Part shown: piece by piece, positions 42,663 through 52,979 of the stretch
Layout: every line of letters begins with the position of its first letter
Numbering within the stretch: the stretch's first letter is position 1
Assembly (NCBI GenBank): GCA_003560495.1
Contig: PWLM01000040.1
Location: forward strand, 8,663 to 72,662
DNA: 64,000 nucleotides
From: Bacillus sp. (in: firmicutes)
GTDB lineage: Bacteria > Bacillota > Bacilli > Bacillales > Salisediminibacteriaceae
Direction of reading: 5' to 3'
Translations under genes and position numbers: made by a program
The notes under the pieces: generated by a model
Seen by the model: the letters and a program-made list of their open reading frames with translations, nothing else
Database searches by the model: none
What the model was told of the DNA's origin: nothing

Positions 42663-44099
42663 TTGACTGCTCGTAAATTCGTCGTCTGGTTTCGTAATGA
42701 CTTCCGCTTTGATGACAATCCCGCCATTTGTCAGGCCTTACGGGAAGCGGAAAAAGCTGACGGAGAGATAATATTCATCTTTCACCTTCACCCTGATTTC
42801 TCTTCCAAAATTGATCTCAGCAGTGATTATTTTTTTCAGACGGTGGAAACTTTCGCCCGTCAGTGTAAAGAAAAAGGAATGAAGCTTCACGTTTTAAGCG
42901 GACCTGTGCAGGAAGCTTTCCAGCTTCTGTTTGACAAGGCCGGCTGCGTACATACAGTTTTTTGTGCAGAAGAATACACTGCTTTTGCAGCGTCCCGCGA
43001 CGAAGAAGCCCGCAAAATCATCGAAAAGAATAATGCCTGTCTAGTTCGCACCCCGGGGAATTATGTACATCAGCCTCAGGAAATTATGAAAAATGACGGC
43101 ACCCCGTACAAGGTCTACACTCCATATTCACGCAGCTGGATGCAGGCAGAAAAACCGGCTCTTTATCCTTCCGTGCCTGACGATATTCGAGAAAGATATA
43201 AGCGGCTGAAAGCGTTGGATGAAACAAGCGAACGAGAATGGAAAGAAGTACTGAAGCGATGCACAAGAACTTGGAAACGCCTCGGAGAAGAAGCCGGCAG
43301 AAACCGGCTTGAATACTTTTGTCAAAAGGTTCTGCCTCATTATCATGAATCCCGGGATCTTCCAGAGAAAGCAGGTACAAGCCGTCTCTCACCTTACCTT
43401 AGAACAGGAGCATTGTCCGCAAGAAGGATGTATCAGGCAGCAGACAGCAAAAGAGAAAATCATTCCTCTCAGGGACCCGAAGCTTTTCTTAAGGAAATCG
43501 CCTGGCGTGATTTTTATACGATGATTCTTCATCATTTTCCCGAAACAGAAACGAAGGAATTTCAGGAGAAATACAGGGGACTGCCCTGGCGTGAAGATAA
43601 GAGGCTTCTTCAGAAATGGAAAGATGGACAAACCGGTTTTCCAATCGTAGATGCCGGAATGAGACAGCTGAATGAAGTCGGATGGATGCACAACCGGCTG
43701 CGGATGATTACTGCTTCTTTTCTCACAAAAGATTATCAGATGGACTGGCGAATTGGAGAAGCATATTTCCGGGAAAAACTGATTGATCATGACCCCGCTT
43801 CAAATATTGGCGGATGGCAGTGGGCTTCTTCCGTCGGTACAGATGCGGTCCCCTACTTCCGCGTTTTTAGTCCTGTCCGTCAAGGGGTGAGGTTCGATCC
43901 TGAAGGTGCTTTCGTTAAAAAATATGTTCCCGAGTTAAAAAACACACCCCAAAAATATATTCACGAACCACATAAGATGAACGATCAGGAACAAAAAGAA
44001 GCTCAGTGTATTATCGGAAAAGATTACCCTGCACCGAGTGTCGATCACAAAGAAGAAAGAAAACGTGCAATACGTATGTTTAAGGAGATCGATGATTGA
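42663..44099 (+). CDS. phrB: Class I CPD DNA photolyase (probable start TTG 42663)
   Basis: WFRNDFR..DNPA, YKVYTPY, TSRLSPYL, WRDFY, G.TGFPIVDAGMRQL...GWMHNRLRM, NIGGWQW. Confidence 0.95.
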   Translation: MTARKFVVWFRNDFRFDDNPAICQALREAEKADGEIIFIFHLHPDFSSKIDLSSDYFFQTVETFARQCKEKGMKLHVLSGPVQEAFQLLFDKAGCVHTVFCAEEYTAFAASRDEEARKIIEKNNACLVRTPGNYVHQPQEIMKNDGTPYKVYTPYSRSWMQAEKPALYPSVPDDIRERYKRLKALDETSEREWKEVLKRCTRTWKRLGEEAGRNRLEYFCQKVLPHYHESRDLPEKAGTSRLSPYLRTGALSARRMYQAADSKRENHSSQGPEAFLKEIAWRDFYTMILHHFPETETKEFQEKYRGLPWREDKRLLQKWKDGQTGFPIVDAGMRQLNEVGWMHNRLRMITASFLTKDYQMDWRIGEAYFREKLIDHDPASNIGGWQWASSVGTDAVPYFRVFSPVRQGVRFDPEGAFVKKYVPELKNTPQKYIHEPHKMNDQEQKEAQCIIGKDYPAPSVDHKEERKRAIRMFKEIDD

Positions 44100-44145
44100 T
44101 GATCGATTTAAACACAGATTCCGTTAGTATCTGCTTTTAATATAA

Positions 44146-44655
44146 GGCACTGTTAAAGCTCCGGGTTCTTACGCAAGGGAAGGGAAGATCCTTTACTGCT
44201 GATTTGTTTCACTAGGCACTCCAGTTGAAAATACCGGTAGAACGGGTTTGTTTATATGGAATTTATTTGACCAATTTGGTTTTAATAGAAAAAAACAGCT
44301 TGATTTCCCCATATTTACGTAAGAGTCAAGCTCCGTGTTGTTTTTGAAAGTCGCCTGCTGTTCTTTTCACCTGCCGCGGAGAAAGCATGCGGCTGTCCTT
44401 CCGTCCGGGAGGATCTGCGCGCTTTCTGAAGGCGGCTCGAAAAACCACCTGGGCATCGGTTTTACGAAAGAAAGAACAGCATTTATGAAAAGCAGAACCA
44501 TTTCTTTTTCTATGAAGAAAAAACGAAGCGGAAACCAGCCCGTGGTAGAAGGAGGTCAAAGGATAGGGCGTAAGCATACCCGGAGCTCTCCTCTACGGCA
44601 GGCCGGGTGGAAGCGAAATGTTTCTCCACCCCTCAACAGCGAACTTTAACACAGC
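44146..44655. repeat. Palindromic MITE/REP-like element(s)
   Basis: Ends GCACTGTTAAAG / CTTTAACACAGC; internal GGTTCTTACGCAA...TTACGTAAGAG inverted pair shared with 51058-51240. Confidence 0.55.
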
Positions 44656-44938
44656 GTCATATAAAAGCTGTCTTGAAGATAAATACTGCAGGAATTTTTA
44701 ACCTCCATGGTGCGGAAGATTAGCTGCAGTGTTTCTGGCAGAGTTTCATAAGGTATCAGGGACGCCTGCCGCTTTGCAGCGAAGTTTTCTATAATGAGTA
44801 CAAACAGAGAATTTTAACAAAGCCTGCTCATAAAAAAGACAAAAAAAAGGCAGCGCAGCTGCCGGATGAAAAGTATTATTATTAACACAACTAATCTCGT
44901 ACCAGAGCGTGATGAGATCTCTGCTTACTTTCTGAAAG

Positions 44939-45163
44939 CTAGCTTCCCCATACCGGGTATGTAGCGACAGCGGTGACCAGTGTGAAAAAAAGAACAAGCC
45001 ACACTTTAAAAAAAGACAGTTCCACCGGCTTTTTCTTTTTCTTCCTCGGAAGACTCCGGTACACTTTTTTTCTTCGGGGCATATTTTTTCTTGAGGGAAG
45101 AGGAGCCATGCTCTCTTCATTAACAGATTCATGATCCATGCGTTCAGGTATCAACTGCATCAT
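44939..45163 (-). CDS. Short membrane protein resembling the YpbE N-terminus (no LysM domain)
   Basis: LPSR motif, basic stretch, one TM helix; position directly downstream of ypbD; AAGGGAG RBS. Confidence 0.65.
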   Translation of the reverse strand: MMQLIPERMDHESVNEESMAPLPSRKNMPRRKKVYRSLPRKKKKKPVELSFFKVWLVLFFTLVTAVATYPVWGS

Positions 45164-45230
45164 CTCCCTTCCTTGTTCTCTCTATATAATACCACTAATT
45201 CCCTTTTATTGCTATATCCTCCCGATGGAT

Positions 45231-45800
45231 TTATCTGTTACGGTAACGGATTAACAGGCCCAGCACGGCATCTATCACAAAGTGTGCCGTAATAACTGTC
45301 CATAAGTTTTCAGTCCACATAAAAAGAAGACCGAGAGAAAAACTCATAACTATAACAAATAGAAACAAAAACCATTTGGATAAATACCTGATATGTATTA
45401 AAGCAAAAATCAGTGAGGCAGCAACAATCCCAAATTCGGTCTGCAGAACCCCCCGGAACAAGAGTTCTTCTGAAAAAGCTACGAGCATGCTAAGCCCGAT
45501 AATTTGAACCGGAGGCATTCTTCGAAAAATTCTTTCATTTATGCCTCCATCATCAAACCACTTTTTAGGCAGCATGTAATAGCATAAAAATTCGATCAGC
45601 AGGACGGCACCGGCAAATCCAGCTCCTATCAGTGTCGCCTGCCACGTAATATCGATCAGAAAAAACGGTGCAAACACACTCCCCTGAAGAAAAAATGCCA
45701 GAATGAGTGCTGCAGTTAAGATCATCATCTGGGTCATGTATAAGTTTGCGTAAAGTTCTTTATCCGAGAGCCTGTGGATTATTTCTGCCTGTCTGCTCAT
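45231..45800 (-). CDS. ypbD: CPBP-family intramembrane metalloprotease YpbD
   Basis: [28 protein letters not shown]. Confidence 0.9.
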   Translation of the reverse strand: MSRQAEIIHRLSDKELYANLYMTQMMILTAALILAFFLQGSVFAPFFLIDITWQATLIGAGFAGAVLLIEFLCYYMLPKKWFDDGGINERIFRRMPPVQIIGLSMLVAFSEELLFRGVLQTEFGIVAASLIFALIHIRYLSKWFLFLFVIVMSFSLGLLFMWTENLWTVITAHFVIDAVLGLLIRYRNR

Positions 45801-47283
45801 ACTTCCTCCCTCTGCCTTCTGGAAAAAACAACTCCTCCAGCCGTCCCTGCCACGATTTTTCTACTTTAGCCCCCGTCTCATAAAGCTCATCCGGCCAAAC
45901 CATATTACCGCACGCTGAACAGCAGGGCTCTGGCTTATTAAGAAGATCCTCTTTAAAAAATGAAAGAATTTCCTTTCTTAAACAGCCGCTTGACTGCACA
46001 TATTTCTGCATAGACGTAAGTTGACGGTATTTCTCCCTGCGGCGGCTTTCATACCGTATCTCCAGTTTTCTGCATATATCCTCCGCGTTATCCGAATACA
46101 CGATTTTTCCTTCGATCACGACCCCTTCTCTTTCAAGGTGGGCTTTGATCATACGAAAAAGTGTGTCGGAAACATCGGTATAAAAACGTATATCCTCCAG
46201 CTGCCTGCCATACATTACCGGGTTAAGAACGAATTTTCTCAGCCAGCCCTCTTCAGGAAACTCTGCTTCGATAAAGGCAAGAGGAAGATGCATATCTTCC
46301 TCCGAATAGAAAAGTACCGCCTTGCTCGGTTTACCGTCTCTGCCTGCCCGGCCTAATTCCTGCACGTAGTGTTCTATGGAAGCCGGCATCTGCATATGTA
46401 CGACGGCCCGGACATCCGGTTTATTGATACCCATTCCAAAAGCGTTCGTAGCAGTCAGTACGTCCAGCTCATTGTTGATAAACTGGGTCTGAATTAAATT
46501 ACGCTCTTCTGCAGTCAGGCCGCCGTGATAAGCTGCTGATTCTGAAAAACCTATTTTTCCCGCCAGTATTTCTGCTGCTGATCGGGTTCCAGTGTAGACG
46601 ATACATGGTTTAGGAAGCTCTTGAATTTCGTTGAGCAGGCCAGTCAGTTTTTCCTCCCGGGATGATGCATGCCGAACTTCCAGAAAGATATTAGGCCTGT
46701 CTATCGAATGTTCCAAAATAAATGCATCTTCCATATGAAGCTGTTTTAAAATATCATCTTTAACTTCTTTTGTAGCTGTTGCCGTCAATGCCAGTACGGG
46801 AGGTGCTTGAAGTTTGTTAATCCAGCTGCCGAGATCCTGGTAGTCCGGACGGAATTCATGGCCCCACTGCGAAATACAATGTGCTTCGTCCACGACAAAT
46901 AACGAAATGGTGCGCTTTGCTAATAGGTTTTGAACAAATTTGGAGGAGAGCATCTCCGGTGATAAATACAGAAGGTTCCATTGGTCAAATTTATCTGCTA
47001 CTTCCATACGCTCTTGATAGGACTGCATGCTTGTGAGCTGGGCAGCCCTTTTCTCCCCCTGACTTTTAAGCTGCGTCAACTGGTCATTCATTAACGATAC
47101 AAGCGGGCAAATAACAATAACGAGTCCCTCCATTATTTTTGAAGGGAGATAATAGCATAAAGTTTTTCCACTGCCGGTAGGCAGCATTGCAAACACATTT
47201 TCTCCATTGAGAACCCTTTCAATTATTTCCCGCTGACCGGGACGAAACGAATGATATCCCATTTTTTTTAATAAATTATCCAC
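45760..47283 (-). CDS. recS: RecQ-family helicase RecS (start GTG 47283)
   Basis: [43 protein letters not shown]-terminal Cys cluster. Confidence 0.92.
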   Translation of the reverse strand: MDNLLKKMGYHSFRPGQREIIERVLNGENVFAMLPTGSGKTLCYYLPSKIMEGLVIVICPLVSLMNDQLTQLKSQGEKRAAQLTSMQSYQERMEVADKFDQWNLLYLSPEMLSSKFVQNLLAKRTISLFVVDEAHCISQWGHEFRPDYQDLGSWINKLQAPPVLALTATATKEVKDDILKQLHMEDAFILEHSIDRPNIFLEVRHASSREEKLTGLLNEIQELPKPCIVYTGTRSAAEILAGKIGFSESAAYHGGLTAEERNLIQTQFINNELDVLTATNAFGMGINKPDVRAVVHMQMPASIEHYVQELGRAGRDGKPSKAVLFYSEEDMHLPLAFIEAEFPEEGWLRKFVLNPVMYGRQLEDIRFYTDVSDTLFRMIKAHLEREGVVIEGKIVYSDNAEDICRKLEIRYESRRREKYRQLTSMQKYVQSSGCLRKEILSFFKEDLLNKPEPCCSACGNMVWPDELYETGAKVEKSWQGRLEELFFPEGRGRKYEQTGRNNPQALG

Positions 47284-48328
47284 TGTTCCTGTCCCCCTTT
47301 TTATTCTTATGCAGAAGTGCCAGCGCCAGCCGTATATGAAAATAGCTGGTTTCCGTTCCAAGAGCTTCTCTTATATCTTTCAGTTTACGTTCTCCTGCAA
47401 GCTTCTCCACAGCTTCAAAAATATTATCAAGAATTTTTGTACTTATAAATCTTTCATACTCAAACGACGGGTCGTGCATAGCCAGTTCCACAAGATGATC
47501 TTCTATCGTGCTTTCTTTCAGTTTTCTGAATCGGGCAGTTTCCTGAAGATTCTTCCCTTCTTTCACTGCCTTCCCTGTCCTGGCTGCTGAAGCGGTTACT
47601 TGTGAAGCTGCTTCTTTAACAGGGAAAAGACCATAAAGCTCTTCTGGTCTGCTTTCGAGATCTTCCAGCATCTGGTGTATGATACTACGGAATTCCAGGT
47701 ACGTGAGAATTACCGGTGCTTTTTGATTTTCTATTTGAAAAAATGTACGTCCTGTGTAGTTGTATCCGCTCAGCCTGGCCATAAACAGCTCGGCACTCTC
47801 TTCACCGGCTCCTTTCAGGTGAGAGTAGAGAAACTGAAAAAGTTCTTCAGCAAGTTTTGTTGAGGTGTTGTGACGCATTATGTTTTTAACGTAGGATTTT
47901 ACCTCATACGGAGCGTACACCGGAAGATAGGATCTGCTTTTGTATTGTTTATGGCTGACAGCCTGGACGAGCAGAGACAATCTCTGCCAGAAAATTTCCG
48001 CTTCATTATCCCATTCCCATTTTCGTCCGTTAAATGAAAGAGTATCTAACCTTTTACGGTATTTATTTAAATAGTTGTATCCATTTTCCGTCAAAAAAGC
48101 TGACTTGTTTTCTGTACGTACCATGTTACGTGCGTACAGCTGCTCTTCCACTTTGCGGAGCCTGCTGTAGGGGACATGTTTAAGGGCGGCTGCCCATACA
48201 TCACATTGGAAAAGGGCAATATCCTGAATTGTCTGCGATGACCGTTTTCCTTTCAAAAGGTGAAGCGGGCCGCTTACCGTTCTGACTCCATTCATTTTAC
48301 TGAGAACCTCAAGAAACAGCACTTCCAA
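47276..48328 (-). CDS. ypbB: YpbB helix-turn-helix protein (RecS partner; start TTG 48328)
   Basis: [40 protein letters not shown]. Confidence 0.9.
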   Translation of the reverse strand: MEVLFLEVLSKMNGVRTVSGPLHLLKGKRSSQTIQDIALFQCDVWAAALKHVPYSRLRKVEEQLYARNMVRTENKSAFLTENGYNYLNKYRKRLDTLSFNGRKWEWDNEAEIFWQRLSLLVQAVSHKQYKSRSYLPVYAPYEVKSYVKNIMRHNTSTKLAEELFQFLYSHLKGAGEESAELFMARLSGYNYTGRTFFQIENQKAPVILTYLEFRSIIHQMLEDLESRPEELYGLFPVKEAASQVTASAARTGKAVKEGKNLQETARFRKLKESTIEDHLVELAMHDPSFEYERFISTKILDNIFEAVEKLAGERKLKDIREALGTETSYFHIRLALALLHKNKKGDRNSG

Positions 48329-48527
48329 ATTTTCTCCTCCTTTCATTTGAAAATCCTGCAGTTTACATCTGCTGAGACCGTTATTTTTCAGGGGTAAAAC
48401 TTTATTAGCTTACGAGCGGAATCTTTTATATGTAATTTAATGCTTCGACTGAATTTTTACCGTACTTCTTCTGCAGCATCTATTATAAAATACTAACGTT
48501 TGTATTCACAGCATATATGTTTTCCTG

Positions 48528-48556
48528 TTGAAAAGTACAGTAAGAACCTATACAAT
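48528..48556 (+). promoter_or_regulatory. SigA promoter of fer
   Basis: TTGAAA-N17-TACAAT. Confidence 0.6.
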
Positions 48557-48675
48557 TGTAAAGCGTAGATTACTTACACTTGTTCGATCGTGCAGACTGG
48601 ATTTTTAACTTATGTTAAGCTTTACTTAATGCACCGGTTCTGCAGAATCACTTAATTACTTGGGAGGTTATATAA

Positions 48676-48924
<249 letters not shown>

Positions 48925-48931
48925 ATACTTT

Positions 48932-48964
48932 GCACCGCGGCTCTTGAAGCCGCGGTGTTTTTTG
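48932..48964 (+). terminator. Terminator after fer
   Basis: CACCGCGGCT-CTTGA-AGCCGCGGTG-TTTTTT. Confidence 0.85.
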
Positions 48965-49238
48965 ATCTGTTAATAACGACATCTGTACCTTCCGCGTAAA
49001 ATCTAAAAAAGTATCTTTACCTTCCGGGACAAATTTTAATATTTTGTCTTCGCCGTTGATCGAACAACAACAGAATTTCCGATAGTGAAAAACTTATGAA
49101 CGTATGAAATCGCTTCATTTGTCAGACTTTTCCGTCCTCGCCTCAAAAACTAATGTTTTTTTGCAATGTACGTGCAAATCTTCTGAATTTCATGTTAATA
49201 TGAGTAAATCATAGAATGAAAAAGGTGGAGATTATCGC

Positions 49239-50852
49239 ATGGTACAAGTAGAAAATCCTGTTCAGCAGCAAAAGGGCACCTATACGGTTCTTGTTTCCGA
49301 TAACATGAGTGAAGACGGCCTTAAGCCGATTCTCGAAAGTTCGGCTACTCATGTCATCCGGGAAAACATCCACGAAACGCAGGTTCCCCTGGAAACAATC
49401 GATGCTTTATTGATCCGGAGCGCTACCACCGTTGATTCAGAGATGCTTAAAAAACTTCCGAACCTGAAAATAATCGGCCGTGCCGGTGTCGGTGTAGACA
49501 ACGTTGACCTGAATGCTGCAACGGCGCACGGTGTCGTAGTAATTAACGCTCCAGATGGAAATACGATTTCAACAGCTGAACATACTTTTGCAATGCTCGC
49601 TTCTCTCGTACGGAATATTCCTCAGGCTAATCAGTCCATGAGGGAAGGTCGTTGGGACCGGAAACTTTATCAAGGTTCCGAACTACGGGGCAAAACGCTC
49701 GGCATCGTAGGATTTGGAAGAATAGGTGCAGAAATTGCCCAGCGTGCCAGAGCATTCCGAATGAATGTGCTTGCTTTTGATCCTTTCCTCACCCAGAGCC
49801 GTGCTGAAAAAAATCACGTAAAAGCTGTAACACTTGATGAAATTCTAGAGGAGAGCGATGTCATTACACTTCACACTCCTTTAACGAAGGAAACGAAAGG
49901 TCTTCTGAACAATGAAACGTTGAAAAAAACGAAAAAGGGCGTCTTTATATTAAACTGTGCCCGCGGAGGCATCATTGATGAGGAAGCTTTATACGATGCC
50001 ATCGTTTCCGGTCATGTCAAAGGTGCCGGAATTGACGTATTTGAAGAGGAGCCTGCTGTGGGTCACCCGCTGACAAAGCTGCCGGAAGTAATTACTACTC
50101 CCCATATTGCTGCCTCCACTTCTGAAGCACAGCAGAATGTAGCAGAATCTGTTTCTCAGGAAGTACTCGATTATTTAACGGGAAGTCCTGCTCCCCACGC
50201 CCTGAACCTCCCTTATCTGGATCAGGATTCTTTTGAAAAATTTTCACCTTTTACACGACTGACAAAAACACTCGGGGATACGGCGTCCCAGCTTTTCCGG
50301 GAACCTGTAAAGCAGATTGAAATCAGTTACGCAGGGGAAATCTCCGACCAGGAAACCGGCCTGTTCAACAGAAGTTTTCTGGCTGGATTTTTCAGACACC
50401 GCATCGATGATTACGTTAACGAAGTAAATGCCTCTCTTGTGGCTAAAGAACGGGATGTTGAAGTTTCGGAACGTCATGAAAGTGAATCCCAGGGATATGC
50501 TAATTTTGTTAAGGCTATCGTTCAGGGAGAAAAGAGCGCTATTCACATTCACGGAACGTACAGTAAAGAATTCGGACCGAGAATTGTGCAGATTAATGGC
50601 TTCCAGCTCGACTTTCAACCGGCGCGGCACACTCTTTATGTCCGACACAATGACCGCCCGGGTGTCATCGGCAAAGTCGGCCAGCTTCTTGGAACACACG
50701 ATGTAAATATTGCGACGATGCAGGTGGGCCGCAAACAGGAAGGCGGCGAAGCCATTATGCTGCTTGCAACAGACAAGGAGTGCAGTGAAGAAGTCCTTCA
50801 GTCTTTTGTTGAAATTGAAGAAATAAATTCCGTCTCTGCTATCGAACTATAA
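49239..50852 (+). CDS. serA: D-3-phosphoglycerate dehydrogenase
   Basis: RAGVGVDN, GFGRIG, NCARGG, TPHIAAST, C-terminal ACT domain. Confidence 0.96.
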   Translation: MVQVENPVQQQKGTYTVLVSDNMSEDGLKPILESSATHVIRENIHETQVPLETIDALLIRSATTVDSEMLKKLPNLKIIGRAGVGVDNVDLNAATAHGVVVINAPDGNTISTAEHTFAMLASLVRNIPQANQSMREGRWDRKLYQGSELRGKTLGIVGFGRIGAEIAQRARAFRMNVLAFDPFLTQSRAEKNHVKAVTLDEILEESDVITLHTPLTKETKGLLNNETLKKTKKGVFILNCARGGIIDEEALYDAIVSGHVKGAGIDVFEEEPAVGHPLTKLPEVITTPHIAASTSEAQQNVAESVSQEVLDYLTGSPAPHALNLPYLDQDSFEKFSPFTRLTKTLGDTASQLFREPVKQIEISYAGEISDQETGLFNRSFLAGFFRHRIDDYVNEVNASLVAKERDVEVSERHESESQGYANFVKAIVQGEKSAIHIHGTYSKEFGPRIVQINGFQLDFQPARHTLYVRHNDRPGVIGKVGQLLGTHDVNIATMQVGRKQEGGEAIMLLATDKECSEEVLQSFVEIEEINSVSAIEL

Positions 50853-51057
50853 GCCTATGCATAAATACGGCTGAAAAATCTCGCTCGTAAGTTAAGTCAA
50901 AATTAGTTTTAAATGTACTATTCAGGCTGTCCCGTTTCTCTTGGGGCAGCCTCATCTTTTTGAGTGCGGTTTTCTTTAAACAGCAGTAATCTATCACCTA
51001 AATGTCTTTCTCCTCCGTTTTCCGTCGGCAGTCCGGCCAGTCCTCCACAGCGACCTT

Positions 51058-51240
51058 GGTTCTTACGTAAACTTAGGGAAAACAAGAGGTATATTTCAAT
51101 AAACCCACATTAGACCAATAGACTTTATCAATTAAAAGTCGTCTCCCTATCAGCAGTGTCAGCAGATGTTTCTGCAGAGATAAACGAACAGAAAAACGTA
51201 TTCCCGTTCCTTACGTAAGAACCGCAACCTTTAACGCAGC
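51058..51240. repeat. Palindromic MITE/REP-like element
   Basis: Perfect 13-bp inverted repeat GGTTCTTACGTAA (51058-51070) / TTACGTAAGAACC (51211-51223), followed by CTTTAACGCAGC. Confidence 0.6.
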
Positions 51241-51434
51241 ATTTTTTAAAAGCTTCTCATACTTCTTTTACATTTTGAGGAGTCACAGGATGCACAGAAA
51301 ACTTTCTTTTCAGGATGCCTGTCGTGACAGGCATCCTCCATAGTTTTATAGATTTAGAAAATTGATAATTTCACACATTTTGTGATAGAGTGGAAAACAG
51401 TCAGGGATATATAATAGAAAGGTTGATAACTCTA

Positions 51435-52253
51435 ATGAAAAAAATGTCTAAACATGGTCTGCTTACATTGTCACTCTCCACACTTCTTATTGTTGCTGCA
51501 TGCGGTAACGAAAACAATGGAAATGACGAGGCCGATACAGAAGAAAACAACACTGAAACCCAAAATAACGCAGAAGTAAATGAAGCGGAAAATAACACCG
51601 AAACGGAAATGAACGACGATACAGAAATGAACGATGAAGCAATGGAAGATGGAGATCCGGAAGAAGCAATGGAATTCATGGATCAGGATCCGGAAGAACC
51701 AGTTGCTGTCGTTAACGGCGAAGAAATAGCGAGTGGTGAATTACAGGGACAGCTTGCTCAGTTTGAAACTATGTTTGCCCAGCAGGAAATGGAAGATGAA
51801 GAAACAGCCATGATGATGATGCAGTTTCAGCAGCAGTTCCTTGATCAGCTGATTAACCAAACAATTCTTGCTCAGGAAGCAGAAGAAGAAGGTTTCGAAG
51901 CAGATGAAGAAGAAGTGGAAGCAGAAATTGAAGAAATCCGTGCCCAGTTTGAAACAGAAGAGCAGTTTGAAGAAGCACTGGATTCTCAAGGTTATTCAGA
52001 GGAAGACCTGGAAGAGGAAATTCGCCAGGTATCAGTAGTGGAACAGCTTCTTACTATGGAACATCTTGACGAAGAGGAATATGAAGTAGAAGAAGAAGAA
52101 GTCCGGGAATATTACGAAATGGCTGCCGCCAATGATCCGGAAATGGCTGATTCAGAATTTGAAGATGTCCAGGAAGATCTGGAAGAGCAGCTTAGACAAA
52201 ATCAGTATATAGAAGATCTCCGGGACAGCGCGGACGTCGAAATACTGCTGTAG
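51435..52253 (+). CDS. Very acidic lipoprotein with SurA-N/PrsA-like chaperone domain
   Basis: Lipobox VAAC; VAVVNGEEI, LDQLIN..IL.QEA, YIEDLRDSADVE; no parvulin domain visible. Confidence 0.8.
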   Translation: MKKMSKHGLLTLSLSTLLIVAACGNENNGNDEADTEENNTETQNNAEVNEAENNTETEMNDDTEMNDEAMEDGDPEEAMEFMDQDPEEPVAVVNGEEIASGELQGQLAQFETMFAQQEMEDEETAMMMMQFQQQFLDQLINQTILAQEAEEEGFEADEEEVEAEIEEIRAQFETEEQFEEALDSQGYSEEDLEEEIRQVSVVEQLLTMEHLDEEEYEVEEEEVREYYEMAAANDPEMADSEFEDVQEDLEEQLRQNQYIEDLRDSADVEILL

Positions 52254-52261
52254 AATAAATG

Positions 52262-52300
52262 AAAAAGAGTGTCCCGCGTAACGCTGGGGACACTCTTTTT
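52262..52300. terminator. Bidirectional terminator
   Basis: AAAAAGAGTGTCCC...GGGACACTCTTTTT. Confidence 0.85.
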
Positions 52301-52364
52301 CGTTCTTCTGATTAAGTTATTTCATTGGAAAGGTATTTGGATCAGTGTGAACCCTCAAAAGAAA

Positions 52365-52922
52365 TTATTTAAATTCGTTTTTTCCCCGGGCATACAGTAT
52401 ATCCTCATACCCGGTCCGTGCATTTACTGCACGGGCTGCTGCAAAGAAAAAATCGGAGATCCGGTTCAAGTAAGGAAGAGCTGCAGGAGGCAGCGGATCT
52501 TCATCATCTATTCCGCTTGCCAGTCTTTCCGCCCTTCTCGCGACCGTGCGGCAAACATGCAGGTGGGCAGCACCTTCATGCCCCCCGGGAAGAATAAAGG
52601 TGTTTATTGGGGGAGATTCATCCCAGTATGCATCAATTCGTAATTCCAGTCTTTCCACTGATTCAGGATTTAGTGCCCATTCGCTCTTCCCGCTTACATT
52701 GGCAAGATCTCCACCAAGATCGAAAAGTTCATGTTGAATTGTAAGCAGTTCTTCATAAATATCTTTCGTATTATCTGATTTTAACGACACAGCAGCCACC
52801 CCGATAAAACTGTTCAATTCATCAACAGTGCCGTAAGCTTCTACCCTCGAATTCGTTTTACGGACTCTCCTGCCGATCAGCTGAGTTTCACCTTTATCTC
52901 CTTTTTTCGTATAAATTTTCAT
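52365..52922 (-). CDS. PduO-type ATP:cob(I)alamin adenosyltransferase
   Basis: MKIYTKKGDKGET, AYGTVDELNS, FILPGG, R...RRAER, YLNR.SD. Confidence 0.94.
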   Translation of the reverse strand: MKIYTKKGDKGETQLIGRRVRKTNSRVEAYGTVDELNSFIGVAAVSLKSDNTKDIYEELLTIQHELFDLGGDLANVSGKSEWALNPESVERLELRIDAYWDESPPINTFILPGGHEGAAHLHVCRTVARRAERLASGIDDEDPLPPAALPYLNRISDFFFAAARAVNARTGYEDILYARGKNEFK

Positions 52923-52979
52923 CAATCGCACCTTCTTTCTATTTTAGTCGGAACTCCGTCCATCTGTAAATCCGGTTGT

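Noticed and set aside
44326-44649. Overlapping 83-aa and 104-aa ORFs
   Set aside because: They lie inside the palindromic repeat element and have no protein-like features
48925-49238. FMN riboswitch/ribU expected between fer and serA
   Set aside because: No RFN motif or ORF is visible; the locus is simply absent here
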